Counted from the first letter of the stretch, positions 31,220 through 42,947 are shown. The stretch: DNA of 64,000 nt from an uncultured Planctomycetaceae bacterium (GCA_963833985.1 CAWIAD010000001.1:2592001-2656000), one strand, 5' to 3'. A program made the numbers and translations. The notes: generated by a model from the sequence alone, not told the origin.

Positions 31220-31951
31220 TCAAGCCAGTCCGCTCAGGTCTCGAAGGATGCGGGAGAGGTCGGCATCCCCGGGGTCGCCGCTCCCCCGGCCCTGCGGTTC
31301 CAGGCGGCCCGTCCTTGCACCTGGTCGAGGGCCGGGCCTGGCGGGTTCATGTGGCACAGCGTCGCTCCAGCGATGCTTCCATGTTTCCCGAATCTGTGCC
31401 AGCGTCCGCTCGACGGTCGCCGGCGACCGGCCCAGCTTCGCCCCAATCGATTCGTTGGTGTGGCCGACCAGCTTCCAGAGGGCGATCTGTCTGAGCTCAT
31501 CACTCGCCAGCAGGTCGAGCAGCCGCTGGCAGGCGTCGAAGGCCAGGAGCAGTAGGTCCGGCGTGAGCGCGGGGTCCGCCACCCGGCCCAGGAGGTCGTC
31601 GGTGTCGTTGCCGGCTCCGTGCGCCGCGGCGCGCGCCTGGCAGTGGATCGTCAGTGCCTCGCGCGTCGTCGCTGACCTCAATACCCGCGTCAGGTCCAGC
31701 CGGCTGGCGAGCTTCAGTTGACCGCGCTCGATGCCGCGGCAAACCTTCATGAACGCGCGGATCGCGACGTCTTCCTCGTCGGCCGGGCCCCGCGGCGCGT
31801 GCAGCGCCTTGAGGCGATTGCGGGCGCAAACCATCATGTCGGCAAAGAAGTACTCACAGAGCTCGCGTGCCGCATCATCCCGAGTCGACGGTTCGCCCGC
31901 CTCCAGGTCGTGAATGTACCGCGTGATCGTCCCCGGAAGATCCACGCTCAT
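31220..31951 (-). CDS. ECF-type sigma factor (planctomycete TIGR02999-like)
   Basis: GTITRYIHDL, ADEEDVA, LRQIALWKLVGHTNESIGAKLGRSPATVERTL; GGAG upstream of ATG 31951. Confidence 0.8.
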   Translation of the reverse strand: MSVDLPGTITRYIHDLEAGEPSTRDDAARELCEYFFADMMVCARNRLKALHAPRGPADEEDVAIRAFMKVCRGIERGQLKLASRLDLTRVLRSATTREALTIHCQARAAAHGAGNDTDDLLGRVADPALTPDLLLLAFDACQRLLDLLASDELRQIALWKLVGHTNESIGAKLGRSPATVERTLAQIRETWKHRWSDAVPHEPARPGPRPGARTGRLEPQGRGSGDPGDADLSRILRDLSGLA

Positions 31952-32492
31952 GATTTCTCCAGTCGCCATTCAGTGGACGCGGGGGTCCGCGGCCTGGCCC
32001 AGGTCAGCGAAGACCCCTGGCAAGAACACGGAAGTCCGTCGGTCAGAGTACCCGCTTCTTGTACCTGATTTGCCGGCTCATGCGGAAGAAAAAAGCGGCC
32101 AGGCCCTCACTTTCTCCTTGAGAGAGCCTCGCCCTGGCCCTGGCACGGAAAGGGTAGCGAGCTCCGCCGCGATCTGAAGCTTCGTGATCCCGGGAACCTG
32201 AGGATGCTCCGCCATGGCGGCTCTCGCGATAGCGGACGGGGTCCCTTCGGGCTGACACTACAAAACCATGGAGCAAGAAATCAACCGTTCATGAGGGGAT
32301 TTCGCGTGTTGGTTAGATAGAGAGAGTGCAGGTCAAGCAGATTGGTTCCAAGACACCACCTCCGGCGCCGGGGCGGCGCTCGGGTCGCGTACACCTCCGG
32401 GCCTTCACATCGATCCGCCACCATCGGCGATCGACGCGCATCGCCTCCGCGCTCAGGGCGGCACTTCAACGATTCAGGGAGTGATTAACACC

Positions 32493-35400
32493 ATGAATTC
32501 ACCTCTATGGCTACACTGGACACGCAGCGCCGGGAATGCACTCAGAAGGCGCGGAAGCGGAGGACGGGCCAGGCGCATGCGGCAGCGGACACTGCTGGCC
32601 GATGCGCTCGAGGAGCGCCAGCTTCTGACCGTTCCGCTGGTGACCGATCACGGCGGGAGCGTGCTTCAGAACATCCAGGTGGAAACGGTCTACTGGAACT
32701 GGAACACGCCGGCCCTGAAAACGATGGCCACGCAGCTCAACACGTTCGTCGGCGACGTGACCAATAGCGCTTACTGGAGCGACCTGGCTCAGTACAACGT
32801 GAATTCGGGAAGCTGGGCGGGCGAGTATGACATCGCCGGTGCTCCACCGTTGTCGAAGCTGGGACTTGGAAACATCCAGGTGACCACGAACGCCGATGTC
32901 GAGGCCGCGCTCGTGGCCAACCTGGGGAAGAAGGACGCCAACGGCAACGTCCTGCCCAAGCCCGACCCCAAGAGCACGCTCTACCTCGTTTTCCTGCCTC
33001 CCGGAGACCCGTTCAACTACACCGACGGCACTGGGACCTTCACCGTCGCGGCCAGCTACAGCGTTCCCAGGACGAAACCGGCGTGGACTGTTTTCGGCGG
33101 CCAACATGCCTGGAACACGGCGAACAACTTTGCCTACGCGGTGATCGAGTATCCCGGACCGGTCGGCAGGGGGTTCTCAAACTTCATGAGCGAGGACGCC
33201 CCGACGGTGCTCAGCTTCCTGACAGTGGTCTCCTCGCACGAACTGGTCGAGTCGGCGACCGACGCCGAGGCCTATGTCAACGCCAACAGAACGGCCACCG
33301 GCTTCGGCTGGTACTTTTCGCCCCCGGCGCGGGCCCCGGCTATACCGGCGGCGGCACCGAGATCGGCGACCCGCTCGCGGGCCAGGATGTCTGGGAGACG
33401 ATGGCGAACTTCAAAGACGCCACGAAGTCCGACACCTGGTTCGTGCAGCTCTACTGGTCAAACTTCATTCCCATCTCGAACGACCCGCACAACTGGCCGC
33501 TGGTCGTGGCGCGGCAGCCGTCGATCTTCCTGCCCGGCAACCCTTCGCTGAACACTGGCCCACCCCCGCGGCCCACGCCGCCGGCACAACCGCCCCTGCC
33601 CAACACGAACAGCCCGCCGCCACCGCAACCGCCCCATAGCCCGGGGGTGCCGGGCGGCCCCAGCTTCGTCCAGCCAGTCATCTTGGCCAATCCCGCCAAC
33701 CCCAGCAACCTGGCCGTCGCATCGCAGAACGGCGTGGCCGTCTCTACCGACGGCGGCGCAAGCTGGAGCCCTCTGATTCCCTTCCCGTCCGCTTCGGGCG
33801 GCGATTCCAGCCTGGTCTTCAGCAAGAAGGGCGTCCTTTACTGGTCGTACCTGGACCCGACGAACGCCGGCATCACCATCGTGACGCTCAATCCTCGGAA
33901 CGGAGCGGTCACAGCCGGACCTTTCACGGTCGATGCGCCTCCCTCAGGCTCGTCCGATGTCCAGCAGGACCTTGCCGCCGACAACCCCCAGGGAAACCCG
34001 CAAAGCAACAACCTCGCCATCGTCTGGACCCAGCTTGGCCCATCCGGCAGCTCGAAGATTCTGCTGTCGATCTCCACCAACCTGGGCAAGACATGGCTGG
34101 CGCCCGTGACGGTCGCCGCGTCGTCCGGCGGCAATTCGCCCACCTACTATTACGGCGCGACGGTCACCTTCGCGCCCAACGGCGCGCTCTATGTGGCCTA
34201 CCATGCACAGCCCGGCTACGCCGTGGCCGGTGACGGGGGAATCGTGCCCGATGGCAAGAGCGGCCAGACCCTGGCGGCCGTGTTCACCTACAACAGCACG
34301 ACCCATCAGCTCAGCCAGCAAGGAACGACCATCACCGCGCTGGGCGCTGGCCAGAGCGACATCACGTTCAACGACCAGTCGGGCAGCCGCAAGATTTCTG
34401 GCACGACCTTCCTGACTCAGGGTTCCGTGATACCCCAGGTACTGGTGGACCCCACCCGGCCGGGCGTCTTCTACGTGGTGACCGTGACCGACCCCGATGC
34501 CGGCACGGCCAACCCGCCCACCTCCGAGGTGGTCATCGCCACGCTCACACAGGCATCCAGCGGTACCTGGAGCGAGACAACTTCGACCATCGCCCCGCCG
34601 TCGATGAACTCGATCTTCCAGCTCTTCCCCACGGCATCGATTGACGCGGTCGGCGATATCGTCGTGAGCTGGTACACGAACCAGAGCCAGGTGAAGAACT
34701 CTGCCGGCGATTACTTGCTGGACACCGAGGCGACGTACAGCACGGACGGAGCACTCACCTGGGCCAAACCCTTCGCGCTCGACTCCCAGCCATTCGATCC
34801 CGACGCGGGCGCGGCCAAGGTGCTGAACGGGCCGCCCCCGACCACCGGAATCGGCAACTCCTTTAGCCTGGCCATCGACGGCACCATGGTCTTCGTCGCA
34901 AGCGATGCGAACACCTTCACCGGCACCACTCCCACGGGCCAGCAAGTGGCCATCGAGTCGTTCGCCATGCCCGGCACGCTGGTGATCCCCACCAGCTTGG
35001 GCAACAACACCTACACGATCCGGCAGACGTCCAGCAGCTCGAACGTCGACGAGGTGCTGGTGAACAACGTGGTCGTGGCCATCGCTCCTCTGGCGAGCCT
35101 TTCCGGAGGGATCACCATCGGCGTGAGCTTCAGCGTCGACGGTCCCAATTCCGAGTCTCCGCCCGCGGTCGAGAACGATACGCTGGTGATCAACTACAGC
35201 AACGGCGACCCGGTCCCGACCGGCGGCGTATCCTTCAACGGCGCAGCGGGAGGTACGAACCTCATCAAGGTGAACGCCGACGGCAGCGAGACGCTGAGCG
35301 ATGCCAGCCTCACGATCACGGTCGCGAACTCCAGCACGACCGACACGATCACGCTCTCCAACGTGAACGCCGCGCAGTTGACCGGAGGCCCCAGCAACAA

Positions 35401-35995
35401 TACCTACACCCTGAGCAGCTGGAGCGGAACCACAACGATCGCCGGCGGCACCGGCAGCAATGCACTTGCCCTGGCGTCCGGCACCGTGCAGGTCTCGAGC
35501 CTGGCGGTCTCCAACGTGCAGTCGCTGACCGTCTCCGGCGGCACCTTTGACGTCAACGCGAACTTCAGCAGCATCGCGGCGGTCAGCGTGCAGAGCGCTG
35601 CCACCCTGGAGCTCGATAACGGCGTCACGCTCACAACCGGGGTGACGAACGCCGGCACGCTTGTGCTGGGAAGCGGCAGCGCCACCGCGGCCGCCACGAT
35701 CGCCGGCAGCTACACGCAGACGACCTCCGGCATCCTCGACATCAAGCTCGGCGGCACGGCGCCCGGCCAGTTCGATGCACTCGACATCACCGGCAACGTC
35801 TCGCTGGCCGGCACGCTCGACGTCACGCTGGTGAACGCCTTCACCCCCACGGCCGGAGATTCGTTCCAGATCCTCACGTTCCTGGGGGCACTCACGGGCG
35901 ACTTCAGCACCAGGAACTTCCCCACGCTGGGGGGAGGCAACATGTTCACCAGCACCTCCGGCAGTGGCAAGTACACCCTTTCGGTCATCGCCTGA
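32493..35995 (+). CDS. Large secreted multidomain protein (EXORDIUM/Phi-1-like, Pro linker, BNR/propeller-like, beta-rich C-terminus); frameshift at ~33323
   Basis: LEERQLLT; HGGSVL..VETVYW..LYLVFLPPG..SHELVESATD..GWY..EIGD; Asp-box-like STDGGASW, STNLGKTW, STDGALTW; GSYTQ..G.LDIKLGG..GTLDVTL..GDSFQIL. Confidence 0.75.
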
Positions 35996-36139
35996 GATGG
36001 AAGGTTTTTCATGCAAAACCCTCTGGCGAGGCGGTTGACTGCGCGCGGCCGGCGCGCTAACGTCAGGCCGCTCCCTGAGGCGTTTTGAGGGATCCTGTCC
36101 GACCAGTTTCCGACAATTCCTCCTGTCAGGAGCTTGTCC

Positions 36140-36847
36140 ATGTTACGCAAGAGCGCCCGGATTTTGCTCGTCACCGCAGCATTGGCGTCCCTGCTGGGCT
36201 GCCTCGGTGCGGCACGAGCTTCCTCGCTGCTGTACAACCAGGCATATGACGGTTCCAGCCCTGCCGTACCGTCGCAGGTCTTCACCGATACTTCACCCCC
36301 CTACTCGAACTGGTCCACGAAGGCCTTCGATGACTTCACCGTGACCGGTGGCGGCTGGCTCATCCAGGCCGCGACGTTCTATGGCCAGGAGCAGGGCGAC
36401 CCGACACAGAACGTGTCGATCAATCTTCAGTTCCAGTCGACACCCCTGCCCGAATTCAGCAACACCAACTTGACCATCACGGGAGGAACCGAGGCAGCAA
36501 ACGGTAACTTGTCGTTCAACGGACTGAGCTTCTACCTGGCGCCCGGCACCTACTGGATCACTTCCTGGGTGGACCGTCCCGAGTTGCCCACCGGCGGTCA
36601 GTGGTTCTGGGACACCACCAATCCGGGGAACCCCATCGGCAGCGAGTTCTACATTCAGAACCCGGGAGGAGCCCTCATCCCCGGTGCAACGTCCGCGGTT
36701 CCAGGAAGCAGTGTGCTGGGCATCCCATCCTCGGACCTGGCGTTCTCGCTCTACGGCGTGGCGGTTCCGGAGCCGTCGAGCGTGCTGCTGCTGGCCGTGG
36801 GCGGGGCAGGGGCCCTGGTGCTGGCCCGGCGCGGCCGCATGCGTTAG
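36140..36847 (+). CDS. PEP-CTERM sorting-domain protein
   Basis: N-terminal signal peptide; C-terminal VPEPSSVLLLAVGGAGALVLARRGRMR. Confidence 0.92.
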   Translation: MLRKSARILLVTAALASLLGCLGAARASSLLYNQAYDGSSPAVPSQVFTDTSPPYSNWSTKAFDDFTVTGGGWLIQAATFYGQEQGDPTQNVSINLQFQSTPLPEFSNTNLTITGGTEAANGNLSFNGLSFYLAPGTYWITSWVDRPELPTGGQWFWDTTNPGNPIGSEFYIQNPGGALIPGATSAVPGSSVLGIPSSDLAFSLYGVAVPEPSSVLLLAVGGAGALVLARRGRMR

Positions 36848-37967
36848 CTGCCCGGAATGTACAGGCAATCCGGCTCGGCCGCGTACGGGTTGCCGGTCAC
36901 GTTGTAAGCGCGGCGCGGCTGCCTCCGCAGAGGTTGCGATACTCGCAGTACCCGCACTTGCCCACAAAACTGTCCGGCGTACGAAGACGCCGGAAGATCG
37001 GCGATCGCTGATACACATCGACGACATCATTGAACGGGAACATGCCGCAGACCAGCGGCATGAACCCGCTCGGGTGGATCAGCCCGGCGTTACTGACGAA
37101 CATCACGCCCTTGCCGTCGTTGATGCCCATGCTGAGGTATCGCGGTACGGCGCCCTGGGGGTGCGACGCAGCCCTTGACCCGGCTGACGAGCCATGCCGC
37201 GACTGCACCCGCTTTCGCGCCACGAACCGGCGATAATGCATGGCCTCGGTGGTCTTGATGCCGTACGGCTGGCGGAGCGATTGCAGGTAAAGCCGCTCGA
37301 ACGCCTCTTCGCACTGGGCGGGCCGCAGCCGCAAGACCGCGGTGGCCCGGCCCACCGGCACGATGAAGAAAACGGACCAGAGGACGATCTGGAATCTGGC
37401 CAGCATCTCGGCCATCGCCTCGATCTGCTCGAAGTTGTCCGGGTGGAGCGTGGTGTTCACCTGCAAGGCGATGCCCAGGTAGCGGGCGTCTTCCATGATC
37501 CTCTGGGTCTGTGCAAAGCTGCCGGAGACTCCCCGCATCCGGTCGTGGGTGGCGGCATCGGCACCATCAATGCTCACCGCCATCCGGTTGATGCCCGCGT
37601 GCTGAAGCCGGGCGATGGCCTCGGTGGTCACCAGCGGCGTCGGCGAGGGTGTGATCGCTGTCTCCAGCCCTCGCTCCCGGGAGTGAGCAATCAGCTCGTA
37701 AATGTCGCCCCGCTTGAGCGGGTCACCCCCCGTGAGCACCAGCATCGGCTGCACCGGAAACCGCGTGATCTGGTCGATGAGCAACCGCGCTTGCGCGGTC
37801 GTCAGCTCGCTGGCATCGGGCCGGGGCTGTGCCGAAGCCCGGCAGTGCAGACAGACCAGGTCGCACGCCCGGGTCACCTCGTAGAATACGATCAGCGGGC
37901 TGGTGTCGAAGTCACGCTCCGCCCAGCTTCCCGCTGGCCGCGCCCGTCCGGCCCCATTTGCGTCCAC
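36844..37967 (-). CDS. Radical SAM/SPASM protein, TIGR04053/NirJ-AhbD-like; frameshift at ~36912
   Basis: CDLVCLHC, LTGGDPL, KTTEAMHYRR, CGYCEYRNLCGGSR. One missing C restores GGSRARAYNVTGNPYAAEPDCLYIPGS*. Start approximate. Confidence 0.85.
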
Positions 37968-38001
37968 AGCGGTCACTCCCGCAAACCCAGCTTCGGGTGT
38001 C

Positions 38002-38028
38002 TTGTCCAATCTTGACGAAAATGGACAA
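38002..38028. promoter_or_regulatory. Palindrome TTGTCCA-N13-TGGACAA in the divergent rSAM/hemY promoter, enclosing a TTGACG -35-like hexamer
   Basis: Read directly: TTGTCCAATCTTGACGAAAATGGACAA; same geometry as the 48675 site. Confidence 0.5.
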
Positions 38029-38088
38029 TCATGTCCACAATATAACGATCCCCTGGACACCGGTCAACAGCATGCCGTGGTCGAGTTG

Positions 38089-39600
38089 ATGCCTGACGGA
38101 ACCTGGACATCGAAGCCGCTTTCCAGAACCGGCAGCGGGCCGCTCGAGGAGAACGGCGGCCGCACGCGCGTGGCGGTCATCGGCGGCGGCGTGACGGGGC
38201 TGGCGGCCGCGTTCCGGCTGCGCGAGCTGGCGCCGGCCGCGCACGTGCTCGTGCTGGAGGCGGGGCCACGGCCCGGCGGTGTGCTGCGGACGCTGCGGCG
38301 CGACGGATTCCTCATCGAGGAAAGCGCGGACAGCTTCCTGACGGCGCTGCCGCACGGTCTGGGGCTCTGCCGGCGCCTTGGGCTGGAAGAGCAGGTCATC
38401 CCCACCAGCACGTCGGGAAGGCGCGCGTTCGTGGTGTCGCGGGGCCGGCTCGTGCCCATACCGGACGGCCTCATGATCATGGCCCCCAGCCGGCTCTGGC
38501 CCATTCTCACCACGCCCATCCTCGGGCCCTGGGAAAAGCTGCGCATGGGGCTGGAACTGCTGGTGCCGCGCAGCGCGGGCGATCGCGACGAGAGCCTGGC
38601 CGCGTTTGCGCCGGCGCTTTGGCCGCGGCGCGTACGCCCGGCTCATCCAGCCCCTGCTGGGCGGCATGTACACCGGCGATCCCGAGCAGCTCAGCGTGCG
38701 GGCGACGATGCCCAGGTTCATGGATATGGAACGCTCCCATGGCAGCCTGATCCGGGCGTCACTACAAGCCCGAGGCGCCTCGGGCCAAGGCCGCCAGGCT
38801 GGCAGCGGCGCGCGGTACGGCCTCTTCGCGGGCCTCCGCGACGGCATGTCGAGCCTTCCCGATGCGCTGGCGCGGCGCTTCCGGAAGACACGATTCGCGT
38901 CGGCTTCCCTGCGGAGCTCCTGGAGCGAAGTGCCGATGGCCGCTGGAACATTCAGGGCAGCCTGGCCGGTGAGCCCGCATCCTGGACCGCCGACGCCGTG
39001 ATCATTGCCACACCGGCCGCGGCCGCCTCCCGCCTGATGGCCACGCTGGACCAGGCGGTGGCCGCGGCGCTCGCGGAGATCGAGTCCACTTCCTGTGCCA
39101 TCGTCTCGCTGGGCTACCGCCGGGACCAGATCGCGCATCGCCTGGACGGCTTCGGCTTCGTGGTGCCCCGGGTCGAGAATCGCCCGATCCTCTCCGGCAG
39201 CTTCTCGAGCGTGAAGTTCCCCGGGCGCGCGCCCGACGGAATGGTCCTGCTCCGCGTGTTTCTGGGAGGGGCGTTCGACGCGGGCGTGCTCGACCGGGAC
39301 GACGACGAGCTTGCCGGTCGGGCAATGGCTGGGCTCTCCAGCCTGCTGGGCATCAGCGGTGAGCCGCTCGTCCGCCATGTCAGCCGCTGGCCGAGCGTGA
39401 TGCCCCAGTATGCGCTCGGGCACCTGGAGCGGGTGCGGAGCATCGAGGAGCGGGTTGCCGCGATTCCCGGTCTGGCGATTGCCGGCAACGCCTACCACGG
39501 AGTCGGCGTACCCCAGTGCATCGCCAGCGGCGAGCAGGCCGCGGAACGGACGGTCGAATCCTTGAAACGGTATCGGCATCAGGAGCCGTCATCGCAGTGA
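38089..39600 (+). CDS. hemY: HemY-type proto/coproporphyrinogen oxidase; two compensating frameshifts (~38610, ~38872)
   Basis: VIGGGVTGLAAA FAD motif, GFGFVVP, KFPGRAP, MPQYALGH, GVGVPQCI. The conserved RRRFG..LIQPLLGGMYTGDPEQLS segment lies in the alternative frame (ORF 38606). Confidence 0.9.
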   Translation: MPDGTWTSKPLSRTGSGPLEENGGRTRVAVIGGGVTGLAAAFRLRELAPAAHVLVLEAGPRPGGVLRTLRRDGFLIEESADSFLTALPHGLGLCRRLGLEEQVIPTSTSGRRAFVVSRGRLVPIPDGLMIMAPSRLWPILTTPILGPWEKLRMGLELLVPRSAGDRDESLAAFAPALWPRRVRPAHPAPAGRHVHRRSRAAQRAGDDAQVHGYGTLPWQPDPGVTTSPRRLGPRPPGWQRRAVRPLRGPPRRHVEPSRCAGAALPEDTIRVGFPAELLERSADGRWNIQGSLAGEPASWTADAVIIATPAAAASRLMATLDQAVAAALAEIESTSCAIVSLGYRRDQIAHRLDGFGFVVPRVENRPILSGSFSSVKFPGRAPDGMVLLRVFLGGAFDAGVLDRDDDELAGRAMAGLSSLLGISGEPLVRHVSRWPSVMPQYALGHLERVRSIEERVAAIPGLAIAGNAYHGVGVPQCIASGEQAAERTVESLKRYRHQEPSSQ

Positions 39601-40184
39601 AACGCGCTGATGACGGTCCGCGGGACCGATCAAGAACTCAGCGCCCATTCCGATCGTGCGACGAAAGCAATGCCCGGTATCTCTTTCGTCGAGTCTCTTC
39701 CTACCAGAGGCGCAAAACCATCTCCTGTTCTGTATCGTTCCACCGACGAGCGACGCAGTCTGGAATTCTGTTCCTCGTCTCGATCGAGCGAGGAATAGAT
39801 GCCGGTTTCGAGACCGTGGTGCTTTGCTGTCTATCGTGAGCCAGCCTGGAGATGCTCCGTGCCAGCGCCTTGCGCCCCCTGTCGGCAGGACGCATTGGCG
39901 TCGTCGGCGCAAATTCACTTCGGTACCGTCGGACCGAAGCGCGCGAGCCCCACGTGAAGGGTCGGTCCGATCGGACCCAGGGAAGGAGTGTCTGCGCGGT
40001 CGGGGGGACTCAATAACTTGACAGCTGCCGGATCATCACCTTACAACGATCAGGGAGCGCAGTTGACCCAGTTCGTTTCACACGTCCGCGAGAGGACCGA
40101 TGCAGTGGCAGACGTCCCAGGGCTCCCAGTCAGGTCGGAGCAGCACTCCTGCGGCCTCGGTCGGACCGAAGGGATGGTCCTCGC

Positions 40185-41033
40185 ATGAGAGTAACAATTT
40201 GGTCGTTGCTCACCCTGGCGCTGACCGGCCCACTCGCCGGGGCGCAGGCGGCCGAACCGCCTGTTTATGAGGTGTATGCTGTCCGGTATGGCACGTGTCC
40301 CGGCTGTCCAGTCTCTTTCCTTGTGCAGGGGGCCGAACCGCAGCGGAAAGTCGATCTCGCCATGACTTTCTGGGTACTGAAAGGCCCAGACGGGCGGACG
40401 GTCCTGGTCGATGCCGGGTTCTACCGGCCGCAGTACTTCAAAGACTTCGAAGGGATCGCCGACTACACTCGACCCGACCGGGCGGTCGAGCGACTCGGGA
40501 TCAGGCCGGAAGAGGTCACCGACGTCATCGTCACGCACATGCACTCGGATCACTTCGATGGTGTCGATTTGTTTCCGAAGGCAACGGTCTGGATCCAGAA
40601 AGATGAGTTCAATCATTACACGCGCGAGGTCAAGCCGCCGTCCGCCAAAGCCGCGCCGACCGAGCTGGATGACGTCTCGGCCCTGATGAAGCTGAACACC
40701 GAGGGCCGTGTTCGTCTGGTCGACGGCGACGCCAGGGAGATCATACCCGGAGTGACGGTTTACACCGGAGGGAAGCACACGTTCGCGTCGCAGTACGTGG
40801 GCGTAAATACGAAGTCGGGCCGCATGGTTGTGGCGTCGGACAACGTCTATCTGTACGAGAACCTCGACAAGCATGTGCCGATCACTGCTACGCTCGATGC
40901 CAAGTCCAACCTGGCTGCGCAGGACCGGATGAGGAAGCTGGCCGCGGGCCCGCGGTTGATCATCCCGGGCCATGACCCGGAAGTGTTCGCTCGGTTCCCG
41001 AAGCCGGGCAACGGCGTGGCGCGGTTGGATTGA
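40185..41033 (+). CDS. Secreted MBL-fold hydrolase, N-acyl-homoserine lactonase family
   Basis: Signal peptide; LVDAG, THMHSDH (HxHxDH), GKHT, ASDN, IPGHDP. Confidence 0.85.
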   Translation: MRVTIWSLLTLALTGPLAGAQAAEPPVYEVYAVRYGTCPGCPVSFLVQGAEPQRKVDLAMTFWVLKGPDGRTVLVDAGFYRPQYFKDFEGIADYTRPDRAVERLGIRPEEVTDVIVTHMHSDHFDGVDLFPKATVWIQKDEFNHYTREVKPPSAKAAPTELDDVSALMKLNTEGRVRLVDGDAREIIPGVTVYTGGKHTFASQYVGVNTKSGRMVVASDNVYLYENLDKHVPITATLDAKSNLAAQDRMRKLAAGPRLIIPGHDPEVFARFPKPGNGVARLD

Positions 41034-41777
41034 CGCGCGGCGTAGCCGTCGATGGGGGGTGATAGGGCGGAATCGGGCTACAGCGCCTGTGAACAGGACG
41101 CCGCCCGTACGGGGCGGGATTCGGCCTCGGAATCCTGGAGGCGAGCAACTCCAGCGAACGATCGCACCCGGCAGGATCGCCACGACGGATCACGCGCATT
41201 CGACCTCGGAGCAGACGGCCCGGCGACTGCTCCCTGCGTTGGGACGAGATACTCGCGGAGGCGAGTCCATGGTCGAGCGCTGGCTGATGTCGCTGGCGCT
41301 GGTGCTTTGAATCATAGCTGTCGCCGTTGCGTGCTTCGGTCGGATCGGCCGAAGCTATCATCCCCGGCTGCCCTTCCGTTTCTTTCAAGCGCGATTCCGG
41401 GGACCACTTGAGTCAGGCGCTTGGTGTCATTGTCCCGATCGGGCGTTCTCCACGATGTGAGCTGTTTCCGCAGTGAGAGGCGGGGACTCTTAACCCTGCC
41501 TTGAACCTGTATGGCCTAGGTGCCAGACCGTACAAGCGGCTGGCTCCATACCATGTGGCCTCGTGTTGCTCTGGCGCTAGTTTGCTGAGCGGTCTGGTTC
41601 AAGCTCCCCACGGCCGTACAGAGCCCATAAGCTCAATCGACACAGGGAGATTACCTTCACGCAATGGTTCGGTCGGTTTCTAGACGGAATAAGAGGGCCT
41701 TCGCCGATCTCATCAGCAAAGAGAGGCGTCGAGACCCGTTTCTGCTCTTGATGACACGATCCCACAGCCGGAGACGC

Positions 41778-42947
41778 TCATGACTCCAGACTGACCCACT
41801 TCTTCTCGCGGGCGCTCTGGGCGATGGCTTCGCAGATGCGGACCTCGCGATCGCCGTCGGCGAAGGTCGGGAAACCCGGAGTGCCCTGGCAGCCGCCGGC
41901 AATGAAGCTGTAGAACGCCAGATCAAGCTGCTTGAAGGCGTCCGGGAAGCCCTCGGCATGGCCGCCAGGGTAATGGCTGGTCTCGGAGACCTCGGGAGAG
42001 AGCAGAGACGGGTCACGGTTCAGGAGCGAGTTGGGACCACCCCGGCGCCCGAGCCAGAGCAGCTCGGGGCTCTCGCTGTCCCAGACCATCGAGCCGTTTG
42101 TTCCGCAGACCTCCAGGTAGAGCCGGTTCTTGCGGCCGGCGTGCATCTGCATGACGTGGAAGACGCCGTGGGCGCCGTTGTTCAGGTGCAGCAGGACCGC
42201 GCCAAAGTCCTCGGTGGTGATCTTCACCGACTCGGTCGCCTTCTTGCCGCCGGGACCGGAGAACGTCTCGGCGCCGCCGACGGGCTTCTTGCGCTCGGGA
42301 TGGAACGTCGCCAGGTCGGCATTCACGCCTTCGATGTGCAGACCGGTGACGAACTGTGCCAGGTCCATCCAGTGCGTGCCGATGTCGGAGACGGCCCTTA
42401 GATTGGTGTGACCATCGGGTTCCACCCGCCAGTTGTAGTCGTCTTCCATGAGCAGCCAGTCCTGGGTGTAAGAGCCGGAGACCGAGAGAATCCGGCCGAG
42501 CTCTCCACGAGCCACCCTGGCATGCATTTCCTGGCAGAGTGGGTAGAAACGAAGGTTGTAATTCACGCCGGCCGCCTGCTTCGGATGGGCCCTGGCAAGC
42601 TTCACCAGCTCGGCCGTCTCCTTCGCACTGATGGCCAGCGGCTTCTCGCAGAGGACGTGCTTGCCGGCCTGGAGTGCGTGCTGGGCGTGCTCGAAGTGGA
42701 CATTGTTGGGGGAGGCGATGTGCACGGCGGTGATCGTCGGATCGGCCAGCAGCTCCTCGAGCGTGGCGTAGACCTTGGCAATACCCAGACGCTCGGCGAT
42801 CGGCCGCGCGCGCTCGGGCGTGATGTCGAGCAGTCCGCCCACGGTGACGCCGATACGCCGCAAGGCCTCGGCATGGACCGGTCCAATGAATCCGCTACCA
42901 ATCAGCGCCACCCGGGGCGGATTGGCCAGTACGTGGGGTGCACCCAT
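41778..42947 (-). CDS. Gfo/Idh/MocA oxidoreductase
   Basis: GSGFIG, CEKPLA, DIGTHW, PGGHAEG. Confidence 0.9.
   Translation of the reverse strand: MGAPHVLANPPRVALIGSGFIGPVHAEALRRIGVTVGGLLDITPERARPIAERLGIAKVYATLEELLADPTITAVHIASPNNVHFEHAQHALQAGKHVLCEKPLAISAKETAELVKLARAHPKQAAGVNYNLRFYPLCQEMHARVARGELGRILSVSGSYTQDWLLMEDDYNWRVEPDGHTNLRAVSDIGTHWMDLAQFVTGLHIEGVNADLATFHPERKKPVGGAETFSGPGGKKATESVKITTEDFGAVLLHLNNGAHGVFHVMQMHAGRKNRLYLEVCGTNGSMVWDSESPELLWLGRRGGPNSLLNRDPSLLSPEVSETSHYPGGHAEGFPDAFKQLDLAFYSFIAGGCQGTPGFPTFADGDREVRICEAIAQSAREKKWVSLES

Noticed and set aside
39601..40184. Riboswitch upstream of the lactonase-like gene
   Set aside because: Short TCGGACCGA-type inverted repeats only; no known aptamer consensus recognised.
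41034..41777. ncRNA or small gene in the ~740-bp gap between convergent genes
   Set aside because: Only a GC hairpin near 41334-41356; no tRNA, riboswitch or coding signature I can support. An Rfam/Infernal scan would decide.
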